Origin: an uncultured Gimesia sp.
GTDB lineage: Bacteria; Planctomycetota; Planctomycetia; Planctomycetales; Planctomycetaceae
Direction: 5' to 3'
NCBI RefSeq assembly: GCF_937919775.1
Contig: NZ_CALFPF010000429.1
Coordinates: 1 to 40,427 of the forward strand
DNA: 40,427 nucleotides
Shown here: piece after piece, positions 10,634-20,144 of the stretch
Layout: every line of letters starts with the position of its first letter
Position numbering within the stretch: the first letter of the stretch is position 1
The notes under the pieces: model-generated
What the model was told of the DNA's origin: nothing
Database searches by the model: none
What the model saw: the letters and a program-made list of their open reading frames with translations, nothing else
Translations under genes and position numbers: made by a program

Positions 10634-12190
10634 ATGAATTGCTGCTCCCTTTCACATGCGCTCCCCAACCATCCCCGCACCGCGATCAAACTGAGCTGTT
10701 CGATGCTCCTGATCACACTCGCCGGAGTATTATTCACGCCGGCGATTGCCTCCGCAGGCGAACTCCTGGCAGGTGCCGCCAAGGTGGATATTACCAACCG
10801 CGATGTGCCGCTCGTGAATGATCCGCTGTTTGTGAAAGCCCTGGTGATCAAAGAGGGCGATACGACCGCCGTCATCGTCACCGTGGATGCGGTTGCCATC
10901 GGAGAGATTGGCTCCATCACCAATGAATACCTGGGCAACGTTCGCGATCAGATCGAAAAAGATCTCAAGATCAAACCGGAAAACATCATGGTCAACGCCA
11001 GTCACTGCCATGGTATCGTGTGTAAAGACGTGGAACAGCGGACCGTGCAGGCGATTAAAGAGGCGGCGAAAAACCTGGTCCCCGTGAATGTCGGTGTCGG
11101 CACCGGGCACGAAGATCGCGTGATGGAGAATCGCCGGCTGTTCCTCAAAAACGGCAAAGAAGCCGACGTGCGTCATGCCTATTCGCTACCTCCCGATGAA
11201 GAAGTCGCAGGCATCGGCCCCATCGACCCCGAGATCGGCATTCTGAAACTCGACAAAAAGAACGGCGAAACGCTGGCCGTCGTCTACAACTTCGCCTGCC
11301 ATCCCATTCAGGGTGTGCCCAACAAAGGTAACACCGCCGACATGAGCGGCTTCGCGTCGCAAGTCATCGAAGATAATCTGAGCGACGGCGCGATTGCCCT
11401 GTTCGTGCAGGGTTGTGGCGGCGATATCAACCCGGCCCAATACAAGGACGTCGACAATCCCCGCGACGCCGAGACGCTGGGTAATCTGCTCGGATTGAGC
11501 ACGCTGAAGGCAATCAAAAATATCAAATGCAGCGACGCGGGTTCCTTAAAAGTCATGAACGAAACGCTGGCAGTGCCCCGTTCCAACAATGAAACCCGCA
11601 TTGAATCTCTGAAGAAAGAACAGGAACAACTGCTCAATTCCCTGCAGGGAACCAGCCTGAACCTGAAAACATTTCTGCCGTTGATCGTGAAATACAAGCT
11701 CTACGAAGACCATCCGTCCTACTATTCACACCGTTACATGCTGGAACAGAAACTGGGACGCGACGGCTTAATGAAGCTCGATGAAGAAAACCGTGCAAAC
11801 ATGGAACGCTACATTAACAACGTCTACAAGATGGAAATGATGACGCGCAACAAAGCAAACCTGGCACTGCTCAACAAACACCAGACCCGCAACCAGGCCG
11901 CCGGCAAGACGCTCGACGTCGAAGTGTTCGGCATCAAAGTCGGCGACTTCCGCATGGTTACATTCCCCGCAGAACTGACGGTCAACATCGGCCTGAACAT
12001 CAAGAAAAATTCGCCGTTCGAAAACACGTTCGTCGCCGGCTACACCAACGGTTATAACTACTACGCCCCCACCGCCGATCAGCTCAAAAACGTCGGCGGC
12101 GCCCAGGAAGACAGCGACTGCATGCTGGCCCCCGAATGGCAGGCGATCTTCGAAACCAAAGCCCAGGAGATGATTAAAGCGCTGAAGTGA
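10634..12190 (+). CDS. Secreted neutral/alkaline ceramidase-like amidohydrolase
   Basis: Signal peptide, AGAAKVDIT, NASHCH, NFACHP, QGCGGDINP, FPAEL and GYTNGYNYYAP. Start position uncertain. Confidence 0.75.
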   Translation: MNCCSLSHALPNHPRTAIKLSCSMLLITLAGVLFTPAIASAGELLAGAAKVDITNRDVPLVNDPLFVKALVIKEGDTTAVIVTVDAVAIGEIGSITNEYLGNVRDQIEKDLKIKPENIMVNASHCHGIVCKDVEQRTVQAIKEAAKNLVPVNVGVGTGHEDRVMENRRLFLKNGKEADVRHAYSLPPDEEVAGIGPIDPEIGILKLDKKNGETLAVVYNFACHPIQGVPNKGNTADMSGFASQVIEDNLSDGAIALFVQGCGGDINPAQYKDVDNPRDAETLGNLLGLSTLKAIKNIKCSDAGSLKVMNETLAVPRSNNETRIESLKKEQEQLLNSLQGTSLNLKTFLPLIVKYKLYEDHPSYYSHRYMLEQKLGRDGLMKLDEENRANMERYINNVYKMEMMTRNKANLALLNKHQTRNQAAGKTLDVEVFGIKVGDFRMVTFPAELTVNIGLNIKKNSPFENTFVAGYTNGYNYYAPTADQLKNVGGAQEDSDCMLAPEWQAIFETKAQEMIKALK

Positions 12191-12233
12191 TCCTATTCAG
12201 ACAAGAACCAGTTTTCTTGCCTGGGCAACTTCA

Positions 12234-12310
12234 GAGCGGAATGGCGCTAGCCACCGTTTTTGATTTAGGAACCCCAACACAAAAACGGCGGCTAGCGCCG
12301 TACCGCTCAC
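12234..12310. repeat. REP-like inverted doublet, family A
   Basis: GAGCGGAATGGCGCTAGCCACCG-spacer-CGGCGGCTAGCGCCGTACCGCTCAC. Confidence 0.9.
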
Positions 12311-12452
12311 TTTTATACGAGTACCTCAAAAATACGTCCGCTTTTCTCCGGCTACACCCACATTAAATTGACTCTTTCGGCGGTTCGCTTATAGACATTC
12401 AAATCGTTGCGATCAACCAATTCCCTCCACATACGAGAGAACATTGAATACA

Positions 12453-12520
12453 ACCAGGCGGGCGGACACATAGGTCACGCCCCTACGATTTGGTTTCGCT
12501 ACCCCAAAACAAATTCGAAC
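12453..12520 (-). repeat. GTAG-type REP (family B) with conserved flank
   Basis: Reverse complement GTTCGAATTTGTTTTGGGGTAGCGAAACCAAATCGTAGGGGCGTGACCTATGTGTCCGCCCGCCTGGT matches 30809-30875 and 31026-31061. Confidence 0.88.
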
Positions 12521-12541
12521 TGTTTCTGCAGCATTGTTCCT

Positions 12542-12620
12542 GTGAGCGGAACGGCGTTAGCCACCGGTTTTGATACAGGAACCCAAACACAGAAACGGCG
12601 GCTGGCGCCGTGCCGCTCAC
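12542..12620. repeat. REP-like inverted doublet, family A
   Basis: GTGAGCGGAACGGCGTTAGCCACCG-spacer-CGGCGGCTGGCGCCGTGCCGCTCAC; spacer similar to the 12234 copy. Confidence 0.9.
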
Positions 12621-12641
12621 TTTTTGTGAACTGTTCCAACC

Positions 12642-14333
12642 CTACTTCTTCTTAATCGTCAGCCATAGGTAAGGCAGTTCGAGATCCGGTTTGGGGCGGG
12701 GGGTGTTGCGTTTTGGGCTGATGCCTTTGATGACGGCGGTTGCGGTGTGTGTTTTTGTTTTGTCTTTGACACTCACGCCTTGAATCACCAGCGGGCCTTG
12801 AAACACGACGTCCGGCTTAGCTTCGAGTTTCAGTTTGAGCGATTTCTCGGTCTTCTCTTTGACTTTGGAAACCACCGGGGCACAGGTCACTCCTACCGGC
12901 AGGCCGACCAGACTGATTTCAATGTCATCGCTGAAACGCGGACTCTGGCGATCAATGGTGACTTCGATTTCCAGCGGTTTACCCCCCGTCGTCAGCGTGT
13001 ACTGTTCTTCCGGCGTCGTTAACGCGAAGTCGGCTTCGGTGGGCAGGATCGACAACAGATACACATAGCGAGCACCGCCATGCTGAAAACGGTCGGTCAC
13101 CTGCAGACGATATTCGCCATCTGCGGGGATCGCGTAATCCATTCGCGCGTCAAAGTGATTCCGCACAGGATCATCGATCTCTTTCAGCAACTTGCCAGTC
13201 GCATCTAACAGTTTCAGATGCGCGTCCAGAGGATATCCCAACGCATGCGAGTCGACACGAAACGAGAGCTTCTCCCCTTTCTTCGCGGGGAAGTGATACA
13301 CGTCGATCTCTTCCGGCTCTGCAATTTTTCCGGTGACTGTCGTGGGAACCGTCAGTGCCTGGCCTTTTTCCTGCTGGCTCTCGTTTGATTCCAGAATGAC
13401 CGGCGTCGGGCTGACGGGAAGCGTCAACCAGTTGGCCAACTGGGGATGGCTGAGTAACGCGGTGTTTTGGTTTCCCTCTGCAACAGGCTGCAGCGTTTTC
13501 AGATTGTCAGGCAGATTCCAGCCTTCCAGCGCAACCGGTTTTGCCGTCGCGGTATGAAACGCCAGCGGCAGACTATGATCGACAAACGGGCCCGTTGTGA
13601 GTGTCAGGCGATAGATATAAGCAGCGCTGCCGGAATAGGCGATGCTGCTGTTCGCATCGGCGGGGAACGCGAACGTTCTGATGTAGTAGGTTCCCTCTTC
13701 CAGAGCCGTAAACACAATGCGCGGATCATACCAGAGCGTATCATCGATCTGCGAAAGCACGGTTCCGCGATGATTGAGAATCTGTAGTACGCTGTCCATC
13801 GGAGAGCCAATCTGTTCGTTGGCGATCATTGAAGCGACCAGCGTCTCTCCCTTTTTCAGTGACACCTGATACGTGTCGACGTCGCCACCTTTGGACAATA
13901 CGCCGTTGATGGTCACGCTGGGCTGCTGACTTTTTTGTGCGTGTGACAGATCATCATTCGGTTCGGCCTCCGCTTGTTCGGGCTGCGTACCGACGAGGAA
14001 CGGACGAATTTCCGACGCCCCTTCCGCATTATGAAACCGCAGCCAGTACAGGCCGGGTTTCGCGGCCGCGTCGATTTGAATCGAAAACTGCTTTTCCTTG
14101 CCCTTCGCCGGTTTTTCCGGAATCTCAACGGTCAAGCCGGGGCCCGACATCCAGACGGATACGGGGGCCGTTCCCAGAGTTTTGTCGACGGTCACTTCGA
14201 CCTTCTGACCAACCTGTCCGCCTGCGGGAGTCAGATAATTCACACTGGGAGGGGCCGCTACGGTTTGCGTGAGCAGACTGAGAACAAACGACATCGAGAT
14301 AACAACGGGCACAATCCGAGCGGTAGATGACAT
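12642..14333 (-). CDS. Secreted PPC (pre-peptidase C-terminal) domain protein of planctomycete DUF1549 operons
   Basis: Signal peptide, PPSVNYLTPAGGQVG, EAEPNDD, and two DVDTY/EIDVY beta-domain repeats. No peptidase catalytic motif seen. Confidence 0.82.
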   Translation of the reverse strand: MSSTARIVPVVISMSFVLSLLTQTVAAPPSVNYLTPAGGQVGQKVEVTVDKTLGTAPVSVWMSGPGLTVEIPEKPAKGKEKQFSIQIDAAAKPGLYWLRFHNAEGASEIRPFLVGTQPEQAEAEPNDDLSHAQKSQQPSVTINGVLSKGGDVDTYQVSLKKGETLVASMIANEQIGSPMDSVLQILNHRGTVLSQIDDTLWYDPRIVFTALEEGTYYIRTFAFPADANSSIAYSGSAAYIYRLTLTTGPFVDHSLPLAFHTATAKPVALEGWNLPDNLKTLQPVAEGNQNTALLSHPQLANWLTLPVSPTPVILESNESQQEKGQALTVPTTVTGKIAEPEEIDVYHFPAKKGEKLSFRVDSHALGYPLDAHLKLLDATGKLLKEIDDPVRNHFDARMDYAIPADGEYRLQVTDRFQHGGARYVYLLSILPTEADFALTTPEEQYTLTTGGKPLEIEVTIDRQSPRFSDDIEISLVGLPVGVTCAPVVSKVKEKTEKSLKLKLEAKPDVVFQGPLVIQGVSVKDKTKTHTATAVIKGISPKRNTPRPKPDLELPYLWLTIKKK

Positions 14334-14363
14334 CGGTAAATCATTCTCAGTCAGGGTCTAAAG

Positions 14364-15698
14364 TTATACGAATAACTCGGGAATCGGAGTCGGATCGCTG
14401 ACCAGATGCGAAGGACGTCCTTCCGGCGTATACAGGACTTTGTCGGGGTCGATGCCCATTTTGGTGTAAATGGTCGAGACAAAGTTTTCGGGGGAAAGCA
14501 CGCGTTCGACGGCAGAATAACCGGCTTTGTCGGTTGCTCCGAGAGCCAGCCCGCCGGGAGTCCCGCCACCGGCCATCAGCACGGACATCGCGTTCGACCA
14601 GTGATCGCGGCCGCCGCCCGGATTGATTTGCGGTGTGCGTCCGAACTCACCCAGCGCCAGCACCATGGTGGTCTCGAGCAAACCGCGTTCGTCCAGATCT
14701 TCAATCAAAGTCGCAATGGTATTTTCAAAGGCAGGCATTCTGTCAGTGAATGACTTGAACAGACCGCCGTGATTATCCCAGCCCCCTTCGTACAAAGTAA
14801 TGAAAGGGACGCCTGCTTCAGAAAGTCGACGGGCTAATAAAGCACGCTGGCCAAAGGGGGTGCGGCCATATTTATCACGCAGCTTATCGGATTCGAGATC
14901 CATCTCAAACGCCTTTTGTGCTTCAGTCGAAGCAACCAGACTATAGCCCTGTTCGTAGTATTCATCCAGGTTCAACACCGGATCGCCGGCAACTTTGTCT
15001 TTGATGCGTTTGAGTTGATCGACCTGCTGCCGCAAATCGCGACGGGTCTGATAACGGGCATCGGTCAAGCCGCTGGGCAACGCCAGATCGCGGACACTGA
15101 AACCCTTCGTATTAGGATTATCAGAAACAACAAAGGGAGCATACTTGGCACCCAGGAAGTTAGGTCCGCCGGAGCGGGACATGCTGGGCATGGAGAAATA
15201 CGGGGGCAAGTTGTTCGTCGTCGGCTTCTGATGCGCGACGACCGAACCCATGCTGGGATGAAAACTGACGAAGGCACCGCAGCCCACAGGAATACGGGGC
15301 GGGGCACCGGTCATCATATAGTGATTGCCGGCACCGTGGTTGCCCTGGTTATGACGGATTGAACGAAGCACCGAATATTTGTCGAAGATCGAAGCCAGTC
15401 GGGTCATGTGCTGCGAGAACTGAACGCCGGGAACTTTGGTCGAAATCGGGTTGAATTCGCCGCGAATTTCCACCGGCGCATCGGGCTTGGGGTCAAACGT
15501 TTCATAATGGCTCGGGCCGCCGTCCATCCAGATCAGGATGACGCTTTTGGCTTTGGCTTTCGGCTGTGGTGCAGGAGCCCCGTTGGCCTGTGCCCGCAAA
15601 CGTAACAGATCGACCATTCCCAGGCCGGTCATCGCACCCAGACCCAGCTGCAGGCAATTCCGTCTGGTCATTCCATTGCAATTTTTTGAAATGTTCAT
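14364..15698 (-). CDS. DUF1501 domain protein
   Basis: CNGMTRRNCLQLG, WMDGGPSHYETFDPKP, GWDNH, GEFGRTP and GRDHW. Confidence 0.93.
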   Translation of the reverse strand: MNISKNCNGMTRRNCLQLGLGAMTGLGMVDLLRLRAQANGAPAPQPKAKAKSVILIWMDGGPSHYETFDPKPDAPVEIRGEFNPISTKVPGVQFSQHMTRLASIFDKYSVLRSIRHNQGNHGAGNHYMMTGAPPRIPVGCGAFVSFHPSMGSVVAHQKPTTNNLPPYFSMPSMSRSGGPNFLGAKYAPFVVSDNPNTKGFSVRDLALPSGLTDARYQTRRDLRQQVDQLKRIKDKVAGDPVLNLDEYYEQGYSLVASTEAQKAFEMDLESDKLRDKYGRTPFGQRALLARRLSEAGVPFITLYEGGWDNHGGLFKSFTDRMPAFENTIATLIEDLDERGLLETTMVLALGEFGRTPQINPGGGRDHWSNAMSVLMAGGGTPGGLALGATDKAGYSAVERVLSPENFVSTIYTKMGIDPDKVLYTPEGRPSHLVSDPTPIPELFV

Positions 15699-15756
15699 AA
15701 TTTCTGATCCTGTGACATTTGTTGTGAAACAGCCGTTATTTTCAGGGCAGGGTACT

Positions 15757-18219
15757 CTAATTCTTGAACAGGTATTCCGGAGTATTCAGCAAGGCCCACA
15801 TCAGGTCTTCAGTGACCTGCTGCCGATCGGCGCCTTCCTTTTCATACAGGGAACGTCCCAGCCGCTTTTCATCAATGGTCGGATATCGTGAATACGCAGC
15901 CAGATAAATTTCTTCTACAATCTGGTCAGGCGTCATTTTACTTTTTGCCCAGGTGGCACTGTTGCCCTTTGCCGATTGAATGCGGGCATACATATCGCGT
16001 GAGTTCATCATATGCAGCACCTGCACGACGGTGGTATCGGTGGTCCGTTCGCAAGGCGGATCCTGATTCGGGTCGGGACGCCCGAAGGAATCGAGGAAAA
16101 CGGAACTGACACGATGCGTCCAGATTTGTTTCGCGGTGGAATCGGGGGGCATCGCTGAAAATGTTTCTGGAACGCCGATGAATTCGTTCACACTGTCCAC
16201 GAGCACCTCGGCACGTAAACGCTGGCGATAAAATCGCGAGTAATTCCGCGTGTCACCCACATTGGTCTCATTGGGAATCGCGCTCAAACTGTAAACGTGC
16301 GACGTTACTATTGTCTTAATGTATTGTTTCAAATCAAATTTCTGATCCCGGAAATGTTTCCCCAGCGCTTTGACAAGCGGTGCATTTGAGGGGGGATTAC
16401 TTTCCCGGAAATCATCAATCGGTTCAACAATGCCGCGTCCCATCAACTCAGACCAGACACGATTCGCATTCACTTCGGCAAAGAAATGATTCTGTGGCGA
16501 AATAATCCAGTCAGCCAGCAGCTCGCGCGGATCCTGATCGGCTTTAATTTCCGGAACATCGCCGAATAACGGTCGGGGCGGCAGCACTTCGCCCGTCAGC
16601 GGATGCGTCACACTTCCGGAATTCGCGGTATACACCATTTCTTCCGATCCCGAGATGGGTGCGGAGATCCCGACCCCTTTGCGGCCAATCTTCGCGAAGT
16701 AGGCGGAAAAGCTGTAGAAATCATCCTGACCCCAGATTTCCGAGGGGTGGTGATGACACTGGGCACAGCTCAAACGAATGCCTAAAAACAGCTGGCTGAC
16801 AATTGTTGTGAGTTCTTCGGGTTTTCGACGATCACGGAACATGGTAACCGCGCCGTTGTGCCACGTTCCGCCTTTGGCTGTCAGTAATTCACGCGTGAAT
16901 TGATCGAGGGGTTTATTCTGGTGAAATGATTCCCGAATCCAGGCATCATAATTTAAAACGGTCTTGATGCCCACATGATAAGGATTCGGTCGCAAGAGAT
17001 CCGCCCATTTATTGGCCCAGTGATCGCCGTACTCCGGTTGTTCCAATAGATAGTCCACCAGACGTTCGCGTTTGTTGGGAGAGGGATCCTGCAGAAACGC
17101 GCGAGCCTCTTCCACGGTCGGCGTACGACCGATGATGTCAATCGACACGCGCCGCAGATAGGTTGCATCGTCCACTGTTTCCGAAGGCTTGAGACCGTAT
17201 TTTTTGAGTTTGTCCCACACCAGACCGTCAATGAAATTATTGCGCGGCAAAGCAGCATAATAGCTGTCGGGCACACTGTTATCCGAGGGAACGGTCACAT
17301 TCAGGGAAGCAAAGTTTCCCATAAAGCGGGCCATGATAGAGGCTTCGCCCATCAGTGAGCCTGCAGTGACCAGACCATTTTCATCCGCGGAAACATACAC
17401 GCTTTCACTCGACATGTATTCGGCAAGATCCGTGACGTCCCGTGTGCTGCCATCGCTGTAATGCGCAGTCACCACCATCTGCTGTTTCGTTTTGGGCTGC
17501 ATGATGCGTTCGGTCGGTTCGGCTGAAATCTTTACGAGTTTCGGCGCTTCCGCCACAGCGCGTGTGGCGCCTTCCGCGATCCATTGTTCGAGCAGTGCAT
17601 AATACGAACTGTTTTCAGGCAGCTTCTTGCCTCCGCCGTGCGGAACTTTACCGGCTCCCTTCAGCAGAACCAGGCTCTGATCCGGAGCCAGGGGAGAAGC
17701 ACGTCGTCCGCGCGATTCTTTGGTCAGCGCGCCATAATCAAATTCGGGATCGAAGGCAAACATCGATAATTGAAATCCGCCCTGGCCGCGTTGTTTTCCA
17801 TGACACGAACCGCCGTTACAGTGAAAGCGGGAAAACATCGGATGCACGTCGCGCTCGAAATCAATCAAAGTCTGTTTCTCAAAGTCTTTCACTTCGACGG
17901 CGACTTTGACAATCTGCGCACCATCCGTCACGGTCACGGTGGCAGCACCGTTGGAAACGGGCTGAATCACTCCCGCCGCATTCACCTGAATCACGGCTGG
18001 CTGATCCGATTGAAACTGCACGTCACGCGTGCGATCGACGGGTTGATTATTCTGGTGAGCGGAAACCAGTAACTGCTGCCGCGCACGTTTACCAATCAAC
18101 TCCACCTTTTCGGGATAAACCGAAAGCGGCGATGCTGCTGGAACCGCATCCGCTGCCTGCACGGAAAATGCAGAAAGCAGTATCAGACAACCGAGGCATT
18201 GATAGAGTAGAGACTTCAT
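15757..18219 (-). CDS. DUF1549/DUF1553 protein with Ig-like domains
   Basis: Signal peptide, CNGGSCHG, NNFIDGLV, YLRRVSIDIIGRTP, CAQCHHHP, NRVWSELMGRGIVEP and WALLNTPEYLF. Confidence 0.92.
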   Translation of the reverse strand: MKSLLYQCLGCLILLSAFSVQAADAVPAASPLSVYPEKVELIGKRARQQLLVSAHQNNQPVDRTRDVQFQSDQPAVIQVNAAGVIQPVSNGAATVTVTDGAQIVKVAVEVKDFEKQTLIDFERDVHPMFSRFHCNGGSCHGKQRGQGGFQLSMFAFDPEFDYGALTKESRGRRASPLAPDQSLVLLKGAGKVPHGGGKKLPENSSYYALLEQWIAEGATRAVAEAPKLVKISAEPTERIMQPKTKQQMVVTAHYSDGSTRDVTDLAEYMSSESVYVSADENGLVTAGSLMGEASIMARFMGNFASLNVTVPSDNSVPDSYYAALPRNNFIDGLVWDKLKKYGLKPSETVDDATYLRRVSIDIIGRTPTVEEARAFLQDPSPNKRERLVDYLLEQPEYGDHWANKWADLLRPNPYHVGIKTVLNYDAWIRESFHQNKPLDQFTRELLTAKGGTWHNGAVTMFRDRRKPEELTTIVSQLFLGIRLSCAQCHHHPSEIWGQDDFYSFSAYFAKIGRKGVGISAPISGSEEMVYTANSGSVTHPLTGEVLPPRPLFGDVPEIKADQDPRELLADWIISPQNHFFAEVNANRVWSELMGRGIVEPIDDFRESNPPSNAPLVKALGKHFRDQKFDLKQYIKTIVTSHVYSLSAIPNETNVGDTRNYSRFYRQRLRAEVLVDSVNEFIGVPETFSAMPPDSTAKQIWTHRVSSVFLDSFGRPDPNQDPPCERTTDTTVVQVLHMMNSRDMYARIQSAKGNSATWAKSKMTPDQIVEEIYLAAYSRYPTIDEKRLGRSLYEKEGADRQQVTEDLMWALLNTPEYLFKN

Positions 18220-18539
18220 CTCGATGTTCTATCCCAAAATCAACAGGAAGGATACGCTGTGAGGCTTGGCGGTAGCAGTACTATGAGGAATGTAGGTAGG
18301 CACTAACAGCAGACGCTCAAATTACAAAAGCAACCCTGATAGCACTGACTCTCTAAGTCTTATGGTCGCCTGCTAATATATATTGTCTCTTATATTTCCT
18401 ATTCGTCAACTTCCGTTTAATAACTTTATTTATGAAACACCACTTAGGATACCTTTCCTGAGTGGCAAAAACTACCCTTTATTCCAGAAAACAACCTTTT
18501 GTCCACTGCTTTGGTCATTCGAGGCAGCAGTCATGCCGT

Positions 18540-19082
18540 TTAAAGCATCTGTTCCAGTTCTGATTTGACGTATCCGATTCTGTCGGTGATGGCAAAATTG
18601 GCATTCCAGAGCTGGGGAAACAGAATCGCCTGGCCCCCGTATTCGCGGAACAGATCGATATTTTTGTGCTGATCGTCAATCAGCACCACATCCGGTTTGG
18701 CCAGCAGATATTTTTGAGTGCCGATCATGAAATCCATGAAATGCGGTTCGTGGAAATACTGCCTGAGCCATTCGACCTTGGCCGAAGCACAGGCGGCACT
18801 GCGGCTGGGCGAGGTACTGATGGTAAACGGAGCGGTCGCTTTCAGCAGCGTCATCAACTCATCCAGCCACGGATACGGAGGAAACTCTTTCCAGAACCGG
18901 CCGCCCACCGCGTCAACGGGTTTCCAGAACTCATCTTTGGTTAAACCCAGCACGCCGGCGTAATCGGCTTCTCCCTCGGGCCAGTTCCCGAGCAGATGCC
19001 CTTGTCCATGTAACTCGAGGATCGATCCCATAAAATCGGAGATGACGCCGTCCATGTCCAGTAAGATATGTCGCACAGCCAT
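18540..19082 (-). CDS. HAD-superfamily 5'(3')-deoxyribonucleotidase-like phosphatase
   Basis: LLDMDGVISDF, STSP, AKVEWL and K...VLIDD motifs. Confidence 0.82.
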   Translation of the reverse strand: MAVRHILLDMDGVISDFMGSILELHGQGHLLGNWPEGEADYAGVLGLTKDEFWKPVDAVGGRFWKEFPPYPWLDELMTLLKATAPFTISTSPSRSAACASAKVEWLRQYFHEPHFMDFMIGTQKYLLAKPDVVLIDDQHKNIDLFREYGGQAILFPQLWNANFAITDRIGYVKSELEQML

Positions 19083-19193
19083 GAAGGTTTTTTCTCTGCA
19101 GGAAGAAAGTTTGAGGATAAAACGGTATGATTACCTGTTGAGCATATAATAAAATAGAACCCACAGCCAGAGTGGCCGTGTCTGAAATTGACT

Positions 19194-20039
19194 ATGGACC
19201 AACGCATCATGACAAACTGGATTCCACTGGGAGACGCTTCCGAAATTTCTCCCGGTAACCGTAAATCATATACCATCAGAGGCACTGAAATCGCCGTGTT
19301 CCATGTCGCCGACAATGAACAGCCGGGAGAATTTTACGCCATCCATGATTCCTGTCCGCATCAGGGCGCCTCACTGGTCGACGGGGACGGCTGTGGCACG
19401 GAAGTGACCTGCCCGCTGCATGACTGGACTTTTGACGTGGCTACCGGGGCATGCCATGACTTTCCCGAATTTCCGTTGACCCGCTACGAAGTCAAACTGG
19501 AAGACGGCGTGCTTCTGCTCGATGCATCCACGATTGAAGAAGAGGAGATTCCCGTCAATCCGTTTCTGGTGCGGTATGGCGCGATGGGCTGGGTCGATCA
19601 CTTCGAAGCAGATGAGGACGCCACTTACGCGCACCGCGAACGCGTGATTTTAAAAACCAGCCGCGGCGAAGAGGTCGGAGAAATTCTTGCCGCAGCCGGT
19701 GTGCAGGAAACATCGGTCTCGTCTGCCGGCACCATTCTGCGAGAATTCACGCCAGCAGATCAGGAAACGCTGGCCCGCCAGGAAGATGTGAGAGCCCGCG
19801 TGTTTCAAGACTGCCAGACCCTGATTCAGGAACGGGGCATGCCGACAGAAATTATCGATTGTGAACAATTATTTGATCAGCAGACGGTCGTGCTGTATTA
19901 TCTGGGAAGCCGGATGCCCGCTTTGGAAATTCTTGCGCAGGAGCTGAATGCCAACTATGCCTGGCGAATTGTATTTCACCCCGTCGATGAAGCACCCGCC
20001 GCATCGGGCTGCTCGAGTGGCGGATGTGGCTGCGGTTAA
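19194..20039 (+). CDS. Rieske [2Fe-2S] ferredoxin domain fused to a PSP1 (YaaT/RicT-like) domain
   Basis: CPHQGASL...CPLHDWTFD Rieske ligands, followed by LVRYG, VILKTSRGEEVGEI, GTILR, IIDCEQLFD..VLYY and a CSSGGCGCG tail. Start may be 19188, 19194 or 19209. Confidence 0.82.
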   Translation: MDQRIMTNWIPLGDASEISPGNRKSYTIRGTEIAVFHVADNEQPGEFYAIHDSCPHQGASLVDGDGCGTEVTCPLHDWTFDVATGACHDFPEFPLTRYEVKLEDGVLLLDASTIEEEEIPVNPFLVRYGAMGWVDHFEADEDATYAHRERVILKTSRGEEVGEILAAAGVQETSVSSAGTILREFTPADQETLARQEDVRARVFQDCQTLIQERGMPTEIIDCEQLFDQQTVVLYYLGSRMPALEILAQELNANYAWRIVFHPVDEAPAASGCSSGGCGCG

Positions 20040-20144
20040 AAAGAAGCTGACGTTCCTGAATTCGTCCCCCTCTCACCACTGTTATCCGCAGGAGTGAGAG
20101 GCTCGCCACAACACACCAACCTCCCACCACCAACGGAATTCATC

